A stretch of DNA of 26,141 nucleotides from Macrostomum lignano (GCA_002269645.1 NIVC01001103.1:331333-357473), one strand, 5' to 3'; counted from the first letter of the stretch, positions 9,784 through 26,141 are shown. Translations and numbers: made by a program. The notes: generated by a model not told the origin, from the sequence alone.

Positions 9784-11840
9784 AGACAGCAAGCATCCAC
9801 CAGATAGCAAGCATCCACCCAGATAGCAAGCATCCACCCAGATAGCAAGCATCCCCCCAGATAGCAAGCATCCACCCAGATAGCAAGCATCCCCCAGATA
9901 GCAAGCATCCCCCCAGATAGCAAGCATCCCCCAGATAGCAAGCATCCACCCAGATAGCAAGCATCCACCCAGATAGCAAGCATCCACCCAGATAGCAAGC
10001 ATCCCCCCAGATAGCAAGCATCCCCCCAGATAGCAAGCATCCCCCCAGATAGCAAGCATCCACCAGATAGCAAGCATCCACCCAGATAGCAAGCATCCAC
10101 CCAGATAGCAAGCATCCCCCCAGATAGCAAGCATCCACCCAGATAGCAAGCATCCCCCCAGATAGCAAGCATCCCCCCAGATAGCAAGCATCCCCCAGAT
10201 AGCAAGCATCCACCCAGATAGCAAGCATCCACCCAGATAGCAAGCATCCACCCAGATAGCAAGCATCCCCCCAGATAGCAAGCATCCCCCAGATAGCAAG
10301 CATCCCCCCAGATAGCAAGCATCCCCCAGATAGCAAGCATCCACCCAGATAGCAAGCATCCACCCAGATAGCAAGCATCCACCCAGATAGCAAGCATCCA
10401 CCCAGATAGCAAGCATCCCCCCAGATAGCAAGCATCCACCCAGATAGCAAGCATCCACCCAGATAGCAAGCATCCCCCAGATAGCAAGCATCCACCCAGA
10501 TAGCAAGCATCCACCCAGATAGCAAGCATCCACCCAGATAGCAAGCATCCACCCAGATAGCAAGCATCCACCCAGATAGCAAGCATCCACCCAGATAGCA
10601 AGCATCCCCCAGATAGCAAGCATCCACCCAGATAGCAAGCATCCACCCAGATAGCAAGCATCCACCCAGATAGCAAGCATCCACCCAGATAGCAAGCATC
10701 CACCCAGATAGCAAGCATCCCCCAGATAGCAAGCATCCACCCAGATAGCAAGCATCCCCCAGATAGCAAGCATCCACCCAGATAGCAAGCATCCACCCAG
10801 ATAGCAAGCATCCACCCAGATAGCAAGCATCCCCCCAGATAGCAAGCATCCACCCAGATAGCAAGCATCCACCCAGATAGCAAGCATCCCCCAGATAGCA
10901 AGCATCCACCCAGATAGCAAGCATCCACCCAGATAGCAAGCATCCCCCCAGATAGCAAGCATCCCCCCAGATAGCAAGCATCCCCCCAGATAGCAAGCAT
11001 CCACCCAGATAGCAAGCATCCCCCCAGATAGCAAGCATCCCCCCAGATAGCAAGCATCCACCCAGATAGCAAGCATCCCCCAGATAGCAAGCATCCACCC
11101 AGATAGCAAGCATCCCCCCAGATAGCAAGCATCCACCCAGATAGCAAGCATCCCCCCAGATAGCAAGCATCCACCCAGATAGCAAGCATCCACCCAGATA
11201 GCAAGCATCCCCCAGATAGCAAGCATCCACCCAGATAGCAAGCATCCCCCCAGATAGCAAGCATCCACCCAGATAGCAAGCATCCACCCAGATAGCAAGC
11301 ATCCCCCCCAGATAGCAAGCATCCACCCAGATAGCAAGCATCCACCCAGATAGCAAGCATCCCCCAGATAGCAAGCATCCACCCAGATAGCAAGCATCCC
11401 CCCAGATAGCAAGCATCCACCCAGATAGCAAGCATCCCCCAGATAGCAAGCATCCACCCAGATAGCAAGCATCCACCCAGATAGCAAGCATCCCCCAGAT
11501 AGCAAGCATCCACCCAGATAGCAAGCATCCACCCAGATAGCAAGCATCCCCCCAGATAGCAAGCATCCACCCAGATAGCAAGCATCCCCCAGATAGCAAG
11601 CATCCCCCCAGATAGCAAGCATCCACCCAGATAGCAAGCATCCCCCAGATAGCAAGCATCCCCCAGATAGCAAGCATCCCCCAGATAGCAAGCATCCCCC
11701 CAGATAGCAAGCATCCCCCCAGATAGCAAGCATCCACCCAGATAGCAAGCATCCCCCCAGATAGCAAGCATCCCCCAGATATTGTAGAAGCATCCACCCA
11801 GATAGCTTTCAAGCATCCACCCAGATGGCAAGCATCCCTG
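9784..11840. repeat. 19-bp minisatellite (AGATAGCAAGCAT + CCACCC/CCCCCC/CCCCC), roughly 105-110 units
   Basis: Invariant 13-bp core with a variable C-run; degenerates at ~11777-11840. Confidence 0.97.
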
Positions 11841-11870
11841 GATAGAAAAAATCCCATACATGTAGCCAAG

Positions 11871-13135
11871 CTTATCAAGCGCAGTAATCCTTTGTTTGCC
11901 AAGTGCAATAACCCTTGATTTATCAAGTGCAGAAATCCTTGGTTTATCAAGCGCAGTAATCCTTAGCTTATTAAGTGCAGCAATCCTTGGTTTATCAAGC
12001 GCAGTAATCCTTAGCTTATCAAGTGCAGTAATACTTGGCTTATCAAGAGCAATAATCCTTGGCTTATCAAGAGCAATAATCCTTGGCTTATCAAGTGCAA
12101 TAATCCTTGGCTTATCAAGTGCAATAATATTTGGTTATCAAGTGCAATATTCCTTGGTTTATCAAGTGCAATAATCCTTGGCTTATCAAGTGCAGTAATC
12201 CTTGGCTTATCAAGTGCAGTAATACTTGGCTTATCAAGAGCAATAATCCTTGGCTTATCAAGTGCAATAATCCTTGGCTTATCAAGTGCAATAATATTTT
12301 GTTTATCAAGCGCAGTAATCCTTAGCTTATCAAATGCAGTAATCCTTGGCTTATCAAGTGCAGTAATACTTGGCTTATCAAGTGCAATAATCCTTGGCTT
12401 ATCAAGTGCAATATTCCTTGGTTTATCTAGTGCAATATTCCTTATTATCAAAGTGCAATTATCCTTGGCTTATCAAGTGCAGTAATCCTGGGCTTATCAA
12501 GTGCAGTAATCGTTAGTTTATCAAGTGCAATAATATTTGGTTTATCAAGTGCAATAATACTTGGCTTATCAAATGCAATAATCCTTGGCTTATCAAGTGC
12601 AGTAATCGTTGGTTTATCAAGTGCAATAATATTTGGTTTATCAAGTGCAATAATACTTGGCTTATCAAGTGCAGTAATCCTTCGATTATCAAGTGCAGTA
12701 ATCAGTGGCTTATCAAGTGCAGTAATCCTTGGCTTATCAAGTGCAATAATCCTTGGCTTATCAAGTGCACTATTCCTTGGTTTATCTAGTGCAATATTCC
12801 TTATTATCAAAGTGCAATAATCCTTGGCTTATCAAGTGCAGTAATCCTTCGCTTATTAAGTGCAGTAATCGTTAGTTTATCAAGTGCAATAATATTTGGT
12901 TTATCAAGTGCAATAATCCTTGGCTTATCAAGTGCAATAATCCTTGGTTTATCAAGTGCAATAATCCTTGGTTTATCAAGCGCAGTAATCCTTGGTTTAT
13001 CAAGTGCAATAATCCTTGGTTTATCAAGTGCAATAATCCTTGGTTTATCAAGCGCAGTAATCCTTGGCCTATCAAGTGCAGTAATCCTTAGTTTATCAAG
13101 TGCAGTAATCCTTGGTTTATCTAGCATCATAATCC
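11871..13135. repeat. 24-bp minisatellite (TATCAAGTGCAGTAATCCTTGGCT-like), ~52 units, with a 359-bp higher-order duplication
   Basis: The unit is visible throughout. The variant block TTTATCTAGTGCAATATTCCTTATTATCAAAG recurs at ~12422 and ~12781. Confidence 0.95.
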
Positions 13136-13202
13136 AGGTCTTTTTAATTAGTCCTTTAATAAAAGCTTTCAATAATAAATTTATGCTACTTTTATTTTTT
13201 AT

Positions 13203-13273
13203 TACACTTCTAAGATTCGAACCCAGGTTGCTGCATTAGCAATCCAGTGTGTTTACATCTAGGCTAGCTCTCA
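13203..13273 (-). pseudogene. tRNA-like relic (tRNA pseudogene or SINE head), anticodon GCT
   Basis: A-box-like TAGCCTAG; anticodon arm CTGGA-TTGCTAA-TGCAG; T-arm CTGGG-TTCGAAT-CTTAG at canonical spacing. The acceptor stem does not pair and an A-rich tract follows. Confidence 0.55.
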
Positions 13274-14212
13274 TTAAAATTATAAATGAATTTGTAGCAC
13301 TTATAATTCAACACTCACACCAAGTCTATTGAGTTAAAGTCACACGAAGCATTTATATGACATAATCAATTTCTTAGGCAAGTCAGTACCAGTCTCTATT
13401 AAAGTTAGCAATATGGTTACGCAATATAAATCAAGAATTGTGCTATGCTTTCACACTGCGTTTTCAATACTGTGACGCAATTCAAATCGGTGTCAAAATT
13501 CAGCCAGTACACAGACTGAATAAATAAAAAGCCTGATGTGATGCAATCTACTCGTATTTCAGAATCAGAATTCAACCAGTCAGTTTTTTCTCTAGCATCC
13601 TTACAATGCATTTCAAGTCGAAAGAGCTGCTTGACCTTTGCAAAAAAGCATGTTTTTCGAATATTTAATCCCTTTAGCATTGACCAATTTCTTAGCCACG
13701 ATGCATGTACCGTCACGGGAAAATTTCTGATCGAACAGTGCAAGTTTGAAGAAAATCGGTTGAGCCGTTTTTGCTAAAATCGATCGCATACCTAGATAGA
13801 AAGCTTAGTCTCAATGTCCAACTGCTGGTCATATGCGGAGTGTGTTCCAAGTGGGGTCTGGCTTTTGCACTTTCGAGCGTGCGCGGGTGTTGGCGGATGT
13901 TGCGTTGTGCCCTTTCTATTGTTGTGCAAAGCCGGATCGCAACCCTAGTTTTCCAGCGGACGAGCAATGTGATGGCGTCAGTTAACTGGCCGGACTGACT
14001 TCGGACTCGGAGCGTGGGATCGCGTCAAAGAGGCTTGGTCAGCCCGTCCCTATGGCACAAATCGAACCCAGCCAGTCCCACAAATACATGTAAGTAAGAA
14101 ACGCGACTCACTCTCGACTTCAACACAACAGCGGCAACGGCGGCGGCAGGGGCGGATTCTCTCAAATTCTGGCAGTGCAACTTCTAAGCAGAGATTGATG
14201 TTTAGTTCAGTT

Positions 14213-14315
14213 GTTGCGGTGGTAGTTGCTGAGCCTAGCTCGGCACCAAGGTGGCCTCCCCTACCGCCGCTCATGCAAACATATATACTCAGCAACATCG
14301 AAAAGTCGCCACCAC
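14213..14315 (+). other. Left arm of a split inverted repeat, ending at a 5' splice donor (CAC|GTAAGA at 14316)
   Basis: 14289-14311 is the exact reverse complement of 19834-19856, with collinear shorter complementary blocks outward. Confidence 0.7.
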
Positions 14316-14401
14316 GTAAGATTCCGTCTGGTCGCCAATTTTGAGAGTGCAGGTAGAGTCTCTAAATCTTGCGAGTGACGCAACTTAGCTACGCCACGCG
14401 G

Positions 14402-14411
14402 CAGACTTGGG

Positions 14412-14413
<2 letters not shown>
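14402..14413 (+). repeat. Left TSD CAGACTTGGGTT of the Loa-like element
   Basis: Exact 12-bp direct repeat with 19714-19725, abutting the (TTAC)n tail. Confidence 0.8.
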
Positions 14414-19713
<5,300 letters not shown>

Positions 19714-19725
19714 CAGACTTGGGTT
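19714..19725 (+). repeat. Right TSD CAGACTTGGGTT
   Basis: Exact match to 14402-14413. Confidence 0.8.
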
Positions 19726-19809
19726 GAGGAATGAAGTGGGGGCCGAGCGGTGTGCGAGGGTTGGACGGATTAAAGCTACCCCTCAGTTTTTTCGTATCTT
19801 TTATTTCAG

Positions 19810-19927
19810 AATAGTCCAAGAGAAATTGCTCACTGGCGACTTTTCGATGTTGCTGAATATATATTTGCGCTAGCTGGTTAAGCCTCGGGGGTTCGGCCCA
19901 GCTAGCCAAAACTACAAAAACCGCAAC
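19810..19927 (+). other. Right arm of the split inverted repeat, preceded by a strong 3' splice acceptor (TTTTTTCGTATCTTTTATTTCAG| at 19809)
   Basis: Complementary to 14213-14311 in blocks of 23, 7, 4, 3, 3, 6, 6 and 8 bp. Confidence 0.7.
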
Positions 19928-20794
19928 TTACAGACCCGACGGGGTCGTGATTAGCGAAAACTAGCATCTAATTACTTGGCTGGGCCGCCAGCCAATCGCC
20001 AGAAAGGGGGGTGGGGCGGCGCGCGTAAACAACTGACGGGGAAAAAGTGCAGTGACGGGTGCACTTACTGCAAGCCTGACATGGCTAAGCAGTGCAGATG
20101 CACCCCGACACAACACTATCCTCTTGTGTGCAAGCGACCGTCCCTCTCCGCCTGCTGAGGGTTTTTAATGCCGCCTTGGTTTGAGTGTTGGCTCTGTGTT
20201 CCCGATCTCGCTAGCTGTGAAGTTATGAACCGAGTACGCAAACGAGACGAGTATTTGCAAATTGGAAGTAGAAAAACACACGCGAACTCTTTATTAAATT
20301 GAATTCACTGAGTCAGCATAAATTACAAGAGTGAGATTAGGGGTGGGTGCCGCACTGGCCAACAGAGAGAAATTGAGTTAGGTAACTCCAGCCCCCGACG
20401 CTGGGGTGGCAAGGGTGCACTAGAACTAAAACTCAAACAACAAATGATAATAATCTGAGTGAACTATTAAGTGGCCAATGCCATACGCATAACTAAGCTA
20501 TCTTACACTAGCTATTTATCAATTTTAATAGTTGCTTCCCTCGTGTTCCTCACCATTCCGGTTCTCACGTCATGTTCCTCCTCGGGAGGAAATTTTCTGA
20601 CTTTTCTGCCCCCCCCCCCTTGGCATTCACACTTGGAATGCACAGAGAAACCTTTGCTTAAATTTTAAAATTTTCTTGTTTGAACCTAATTTATGAAAAA
20701 AAATTATAATCCATCGCCCTGAATATGACTAATCTAGGTCGAAACGCATAGGAAATAAAAATAAATGTTGATAATACCAGTCATTTTTCTATTG

Positions 20795-23041
20795 CTTTTA
20801 ACGGAAGGGCGCAAAAAGCCCGTGGCGCTGATTCTGGCCGGTGACACCCAAGAGGAGCGCAGGAATGATTTGCGCGACTTCTTCGCCGGCATCGTGAACG
20901 CGCCCGCGTCGCCGCTGCCCACCAGCTTTTCGCTCCCACTGGACACGCCGGTCCCAGCTGAGGAGGACTTCTGCACAAGCCCAGTCACCAAGGAGGACGT
21001 TGTGCTGTTCGCTCTGAAATCACCAGGCGGCAAGGCTCAGCTGTGTGGCCTCCCAGGTCGCAAGCGTCATGAACCGCGTGCTCGCCGGCGCCCCTGCATC
21101 CACCGAGTGGACTGTCGCGCACATCGTGCCGATCCCGAAGAAGGCAGGGACGACGCGGAAAGAAGACCACCGCGGGATCTTGCTGATGTCCTGCACCGCG
21201 AAGCTCTTCAACCGGCTGCTGCTCGATCGTCTGCAGTCTGTGCTGGACCCGTACCTGCGGGGGTACGAGCAGAACGGATTCCGGCTGCAACGCGGTACAG
21301 TGACACAGATTCTCGCACTCCGCAGTGTCATCGAGGAGGCGCGCATCCGCCAGTCTACGCTGATCATTGTCTTCGTTAACTTTCGAAAGGCGTTTGACTC
21401 AGTGTTGAGAGACGCGCTTACCTTTGTCCTTCGAGCATAACGAGTCCCGCAGCAGCTAATCGACGCTGTCGATACTGCGATACTCGAGCTGCTGTGGTGA
21501 CGGCGGACGGCCTGTCTGACCTGTTCGACACCTCATCAGGAGTTCTGCAGGGCGACGCGCTAGCGCTGTTCCTCTCTCTCTCTATCTCTCTCTCTCTGAA
21601 CCGCACGTCCCGATGTCAGCCGGGCTGCGAGGGACGGGGCGCTAGATGCGCCCCAGCCTGCGAAGTAGGTCGATGGTCGTTTTCGCGTCCGCCAGAAGGG
21701 CATCTTGCTCGCCGGGGCGGGCCGCGAACCCTCTTGGGCAGTCAAACAGGATTTGTTGCTCGGTGTCACGTGCTCCGCAGTCCGGGCACACGTCGGAGTC
21801 GGACAGGCCGAGCCGGAATCTGGTGGCGGCGGCGAGGTTGCTGCAGCCGGCACGGAGCTGGTTGACCAGGACCTCTAGTCTCCTCGGGAGGGCTAGGAGC
21901 CTTGGCCACGGAGCCTTGCGGCCCCAAAGCTCGAGATCTAGTTTTCGTCTTTTTCGGCAGAGGTAAGCACTGGCTGCCATGAGGGGCGCGTCATGATTGC
22001 TCTGATCAGCGGTCGCCAATCTAGCCGCCCTGTCTGCGCGTTCATTCATCGGGATGCCGCAGTGAGCCGGTATCCAGGTGATGCGGATGGAGTGTCCGTT
22101 ACTCTGGTTCCAAATTTCGGATACGAGCCGGCTGTTGCTGCGCTGGCCCGCCATGATGCTGTGAATGGCCGCCTAGGAGTCGGTGAAAATGTCGATACAT
22201 TGATGTTCTCTAGTATTCTGAATGGCCAGCAGGATGGCTTGTAGCTCTGCCTGGGTGCTGCTGCAATATTCCCTGCAGCGCTGGTGACGACCCGGCCCCA
22301 GGATGGAGTGATGATCACCGCTGTAGTCGGTCCAGACGCTAATCGGGTGGGAGCCGCGCTCCTCGAGGTACCTCAGTGCTGTTGCGCTGCGGAGAGCGCC
22401 GTTCCTCTTCGTGCTGCTGCTGGACTGGGTTCACCTACCTCGGCGGTCTGGTACTCCACGTGGTGAAAGTCCTCCGGCGGCGCAGAGGACTTGCCTGAAC
22501 GACCTTCCGTTCGATCCGAGCCGTCCCTCAGTCCGAAGCGCTGCCCGACCGCCAGACAGCTTGGCTGTGGTAGGCGATGGTCGAAACCATCCTGCTATAC
22601 AACGCCGAGACGTGGACGCTGACGGCTACGCTAGAGCGGCAGCTGGACTCGGCACACTCAGGGCTGCTCCGTGCGGCCTTTCGAGCTGACGAGAGCGTCG
22701 AGACCGAGGCCCTGTACGATCGGGCCAAGCTGCGGCGCCCGTCCATCATCCTGCGCCGGCGGCGACTTCAACTGGCGGGCCACGTGATCCAGGCCGAGGG
22801 CTACTGCCCCCAACCTGTTCAGGACGTCCTGCTGCTCACCTTGCAGGGCCCGTTCAGGCGGGGTCAGGCCCGAACCCGTCGATATGTGGACTGCCTGCTA
22901 TGCGAAGCAGGGGCGCCCGACACTGCCAATGGGGCGAACTTTGTCCGTTCTCAGGATCTGCGGCGCTCCATCTGACGCGCCCTGCTCTCACTGGGACGCT
23001 GCATGCGAGCTGCGTATTTTGTTTGTGCTGTTGTTTGTTTT
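20795..23041 (+). mobile_element. Decayed RTE-like LINE (copy 2)
   Basis: Retains YEQNGFR..RGTVTQILALR..FVNFRKAFDS..GVLQGD, which copy 1 lacks. YADD is also missing here. Ends ..DLRRSI* at 22975, then a TG-rich tail. Confidence 0.87.
21576..22394 (-). mobile_element. 5'-truncated RNase H-bearing LINE with an (AG)n tail and 14-bp TSD, nested in RTE copy 2
   Basis: The ORF ends LLRRLGRI* at 21642; tail (AG)n at ~21576-21597; TSD AGCGCYGTTCCTCT at 21562-21575 and 22395-22408. Confidence 0.9.
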
Positions 23042-23185
23042 ACAGTGCCAATTCAGAAAAGGCCTTAATAACGAGTGCGTCCTTCGCGAGCAAGACAGAA
23101 ATTCTTCGCGGCATCCCCGGAATGAGGCACCGCAAAAATCTTGAGGAAGACTTTTGGCGCAGGCCTGGCGCAGTTTCATGACAAT

Positions 23186-23379
23186 GGGCCGTATGCAGAA
23201 AGCTTGGTCCAGACTAGCTAGTCCGGACTTGGGTAGTTCAGTCTATGGTCTATGGTCTAGCTACCTTAGTTCTGTCTATAGTAGACCAGTCTAACTTTGT
23301 GTTTCTGCACACCAAATCCAAGTCCAGACTAGCTTTTCAAGACCGGAATACCCTAGACAGAGCTTTCTGCATACGGCCC
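23186..23379. mobile_element. 194-bp MITE with perfect 19-bp TIRs (GGGCCGTATGCAGAAAGCT), possibly PIF/Harbinger-type
   Basis: TIRs at 23186-23204 and 23361-23379, flanked by AAT/ATT. Absent from the paralogous site at 2938-2940. Superfamily inferred only from GGGCC ends and a 3-bp flank. Confidence 0.88.
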
Positions 23380-24570
23380 ATTGTGTGGCTCTTTACACTC
23401 TCAAAGGAAGGTCCGATAGAAGCTACTTACTGGCGCAAAGGGTGGCGACTTCAATGTAATTGAGTATAGCTACAGATTATACCGGAAAAAATCATCAAAT
23501 ATTTTAACACATGAGTATAACTCCTCTGATTGATTTTAACAAAAAACTTCACACTCGGTAATATGTTAAAAGTGTCCACCCCAAGTTAAATTGGTCAACA
23601 AATGTGAGCTTTAATCCAACTCTTGCCAAAACTCACCAGCCTAAGCCAGGGCCTTGTGACGCAAATCACCCTCATGGTTGACAAGAGAACCGCAGGCGTG
23701 GCGTGAATTGCGGCACTTGGTGCTGACGCCTGAGAGAAGTTGACCAGTGGTTCAGGGTGGAGACTTGGTGGGTGCAAACTGAATAAAGAGCGTACATACC
23801 TAACGGTGGAAAAGTTTCTGTACCAGAGATTGATAATTTGTCTGAATGTTTTCCTTTGCTTCAGTTTCTCGCTTAGATGCCATTTGGATATCGAAAACTG
23901 ATCGGCTCCTGAGTCCGCGATGTTGAGCTTTTTAATCACTTTTAATAACCGAGTGCTCACTGCTTCAGATGAGTTCCAAGGATTTTAGAGTGATGAGCTG
24001 TTCATCATCGGGCTCGTGTGAATTCGAGATGCATCAAAGGCATCAACAGAATGAAGATCTTTCTGTCATCCGTGTGATTCCTTCGATTTTCTCTGAATGA
24101 TAAGCAGGTATCCGGTCCGGTTTGAATGATAAGCTTGTCTTAAATTTAATCGCTCAAAATCCATTCACTGAGCCTACCTCATTTGGATTCCAAGTTGCGC
24201 AAAAAATCAAGCCAAATGAACAAAAATAATGAATAAGAAACTGACAGATGGCGATCCCACCATGCAGTTATACGAAGAGCGTAATATAAGAAGTCGAGAG
24301 AGTAGCAATTTATTCAATAAAAATTTCAATTTACTGATTGGCAACTGTCAGAGAAGCATGCAGAATGGGTATTGAGCTACTTGAGTAAACTAAATTAGTG
24401 GCAATATATTTGTCTAAATGAACTCTTGGCCCACAACTCATTGAGCACCGCAAACTAAGCAGTAGATAGAGTTCAATCAAGGCAGATTGATTAAACGGTA
24501 GAAAAATCACCCAGGAAAAGGAAAAAGAAAAGGAAAGCTAGAAAAACATCTTGAATTTGCATCATTGTGT

Positions 24571-24917
24571 AGTATTGCTTTTGTCAGCCTAACTGAGAAC
24601 AAAGCCACCCAAAATGAGAATCCTGCCTACGCTGACTGCGAGGGCCCGGCTGCGTGCAGCCCTAGTCTATGGGCCATAGACAATAAAGGACAAGCAAAGT
24701 GATAAAAAGCCATCCAAAGTGAGAATCGATTGGTCTATGCGTCGTATTCTTTTATTTTTATACCTTCTGAGCCATATGACTAGCCAATCCTAGCTTATCC
24801 TTTATAGTCTATGGCTCATAGACCAGGCTGGACGCAGCCAGGCCCTTCGCAGTCAGCGTAGGCAGGATTCTCACTTTGGATGGCTCCACTCTCAGTTAGG
24901 CTGACAAATCCAATACT
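24571..24917. mobile_element. Second copy of the foldback element
   Basis: Paralogous to 4116-4470. Confidence 0.8.
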
Positions 24918-25229
24918 TACTCTTCTAATATCTGTGAAAAACCATTATGGTGGCACAATTGAAACAGCTTTCAAACCATTCCACCAAAACTGAGTTATAG
25001 AATTCCAGTTTGTACTGCGTTTGTACTACTTGTCATTTACATGTACGCGAAGTGGGTCTAAACGGCAGAAAGCAACCATTTTCCTTGTAAATTAAAATTG
25101 AGCTAATTTTTTTTTCATAATTTAACCAAACTTGGCCACTGGATCAGCTAGTAGTATAGTTAGTATAGTGAGCAATATTGAGAACGCAATGCATGGTTAG
25201 CATTATTGAAATCATCCTAGTAACAGCGT

Positions 25230-26141
25230 CTAAGACTCCAGCGAGTCCACAATTTTCTGCAGGGATTCTACAGCTTTCTCCGCTGTCGGTCTGGAGTCTG
25301 GGGTGCCGCTCCAGCAGCTCTCCATCAGGTCCCACAGCTGGTCGGACATGTTGGGCAGCCGCGTCGGCCTGCAGTCCAGGGCGCCGGCGAGCAGGATGGC
25401 CCCGACACTGGGCATGATCTCGACGTACTCCGGGTGGCGCTTGCCCGTGCCTTCGCTATGGATTTAAATCAACGGCATCTCGCATCAATGGCTCGAGAAT
25501 CTCTGCTTGCTCGTCCGCTACCTCAGGGCTACCGGGTGAGGTAGTCACCCACCTCTTGGACTCTCCAGGTCGACTGCGCTGCAAGACATCTGGCATTCCA
25601 ACTGTCTGCAGCGGCCCCTCAGGCAGTGTAGAATTCCTTACGAGCTGTTACCCCCTAATAATAATTTACCCCCTTACCTAATAACATCGCGCAAATCTTT
25701 TTTGAACTTACAAAAGATACCAAAGAGCGATTCCAAGACTGAAGACGTCCGCGCTCGTGTGGTAGCTCTCGCCTCGGACCAGCTCAGGCGCAAGGTAGAT
25801 TGGCGTTCCAACTAAGGTTCGGTTTACAAAGCCTGTACTCTTCACGAGTCCGAAGTCCGACAGCTTCACTTGTCTTAAATCCTCACTCACCTGAGGGTTT
25901 TTAAGGGTTTGTGAGCAGTTAAAATCATAAAAACAGTCGGTCCACTCTAAAAAAATGCTTACGAGGACGTTGGCGAGTTTCACGTCTCTGTGAATCAGCT
26001 CGCTCGAGTGAAGGAACTGAAGGGCTTCGCCACTCCAAGCCGATCTTCAGGCGCTGTCGAACGGGCAGCCTGTGGCGCTGCATCAGATTCCCAGGCGTCG
26101 CCAGCACATCAGCTCCATGTAGATCTCTACTGTCCATCGCT
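25230..26141 (-). pseudogene. DSTYK: Partial second DSTYK-like gene: exons 25230-25455, 25712-25890 and 25963-end; four 1-nt indels in the last-shown exon
   Basis: Splice sites are conserved with copy 1. Two +1 and two -1 indels at ~26017-26102 create an in-frame TGA as given. These could be sequencing errors. Confidence 0.65.

Larger units (their letters stand above)
20795..26141 (+). repeat. Direct segmental duplicate of ~990-5700 (runs to the window end)
   Basis: Collinear RTE, nested LINE, intergenic DNA, foldback and kinase exons 5-7. A few percent substitutions plus indels by eye. Confidence 0.95.

Noticed and set aside
9669-11950. Three ~700-aa ORFs (GGCLLSGWMLAIWVDACYL repeats)
   Set aside because: Artefact of a 19-bp unit with no minus-strand stop codon. 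All three frames give the same peptide, so there is no frame-specific signal.
9784-13135. CRISPR-like interpretation of the arrays
   Set aside because: No unique spacers, no cas genes, and a eukaryotic intron-containing context.
14050-14298. 82-aa minus-strand ORF, plus the many short antisense and shadow ORFs over the GC-rich LINEs and kinase exons
   Set aside because: No motifs or splice support; expected by-products of GC-rich coding sequence on the opposite strand or in other frames.
14289-14400. SL RNA/snRNA gene (donor GTAAG followed by Sm-like AATTTTGA and a weak hairpin)
   Set aside because: The leader does not end in ATG as flatworm SLs do and does not resemble any SL or snRNA I recognise. 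The donor is better explained by the acceptor at 19809.
20032-20041. ACTGACGGGG shared with 14425-14434 as an alternative element boundary
   Set aside because: The left match lies inside the element's 3' UTR, so the geometry is wrong for a TSD. The 12-bp repeat abutting the tail fits better.
20290-20470. Possible LTR or LINE 3' end on the minus strand (hairpin plus AATAAA)
   Set aside because: No partner repeat, TG..CA ends or coding remnant in the window to support it.

Overview
Eukaryotic (animal) genomic DNA with GT-AG introns, GC-rich exons and retroelements. The style resembles a free-living flatworm such as Macrostomum, but that is inference only. From left to right: a short 23-bp minisatellite; a decayed RTE-like LINE (+) with a nested antisense RNase H-bearing LINE fragment; a 355-bp foldback element; an apparently intact 7-exon minus-strand gene (929 aa as reconstructed) joining a dynamin-like GTPase to a DSTYK-like protein kinase; two abutting tandem arrays (19-bp and 24-bp units); a tRNA-like relic; and a near full-length, lightly mutated Loa/R1-group non-LTR retrotransposon (ORF1 + APE-RT-RNase H) with a 12-bp target-site duplication (TSD). 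The window ends with a second, diverged direct copy (~20795-26141) of region ~990-5700, which carries an extra MITE and the 3' half of a second kinase gene. The most unusual observation is that the Loa-like element sits inside what looks like a small + strand intron (GTAAG at 14316, polypyrimidine-CAG at 19809). The flanking exons are inverted-repeat arms, so splicing would create a pri-miRNA/hpRNA-like hairpin with a perfect 23-bp stem and a 28-nt loop. All comparisons were made by eye; no searches were run.
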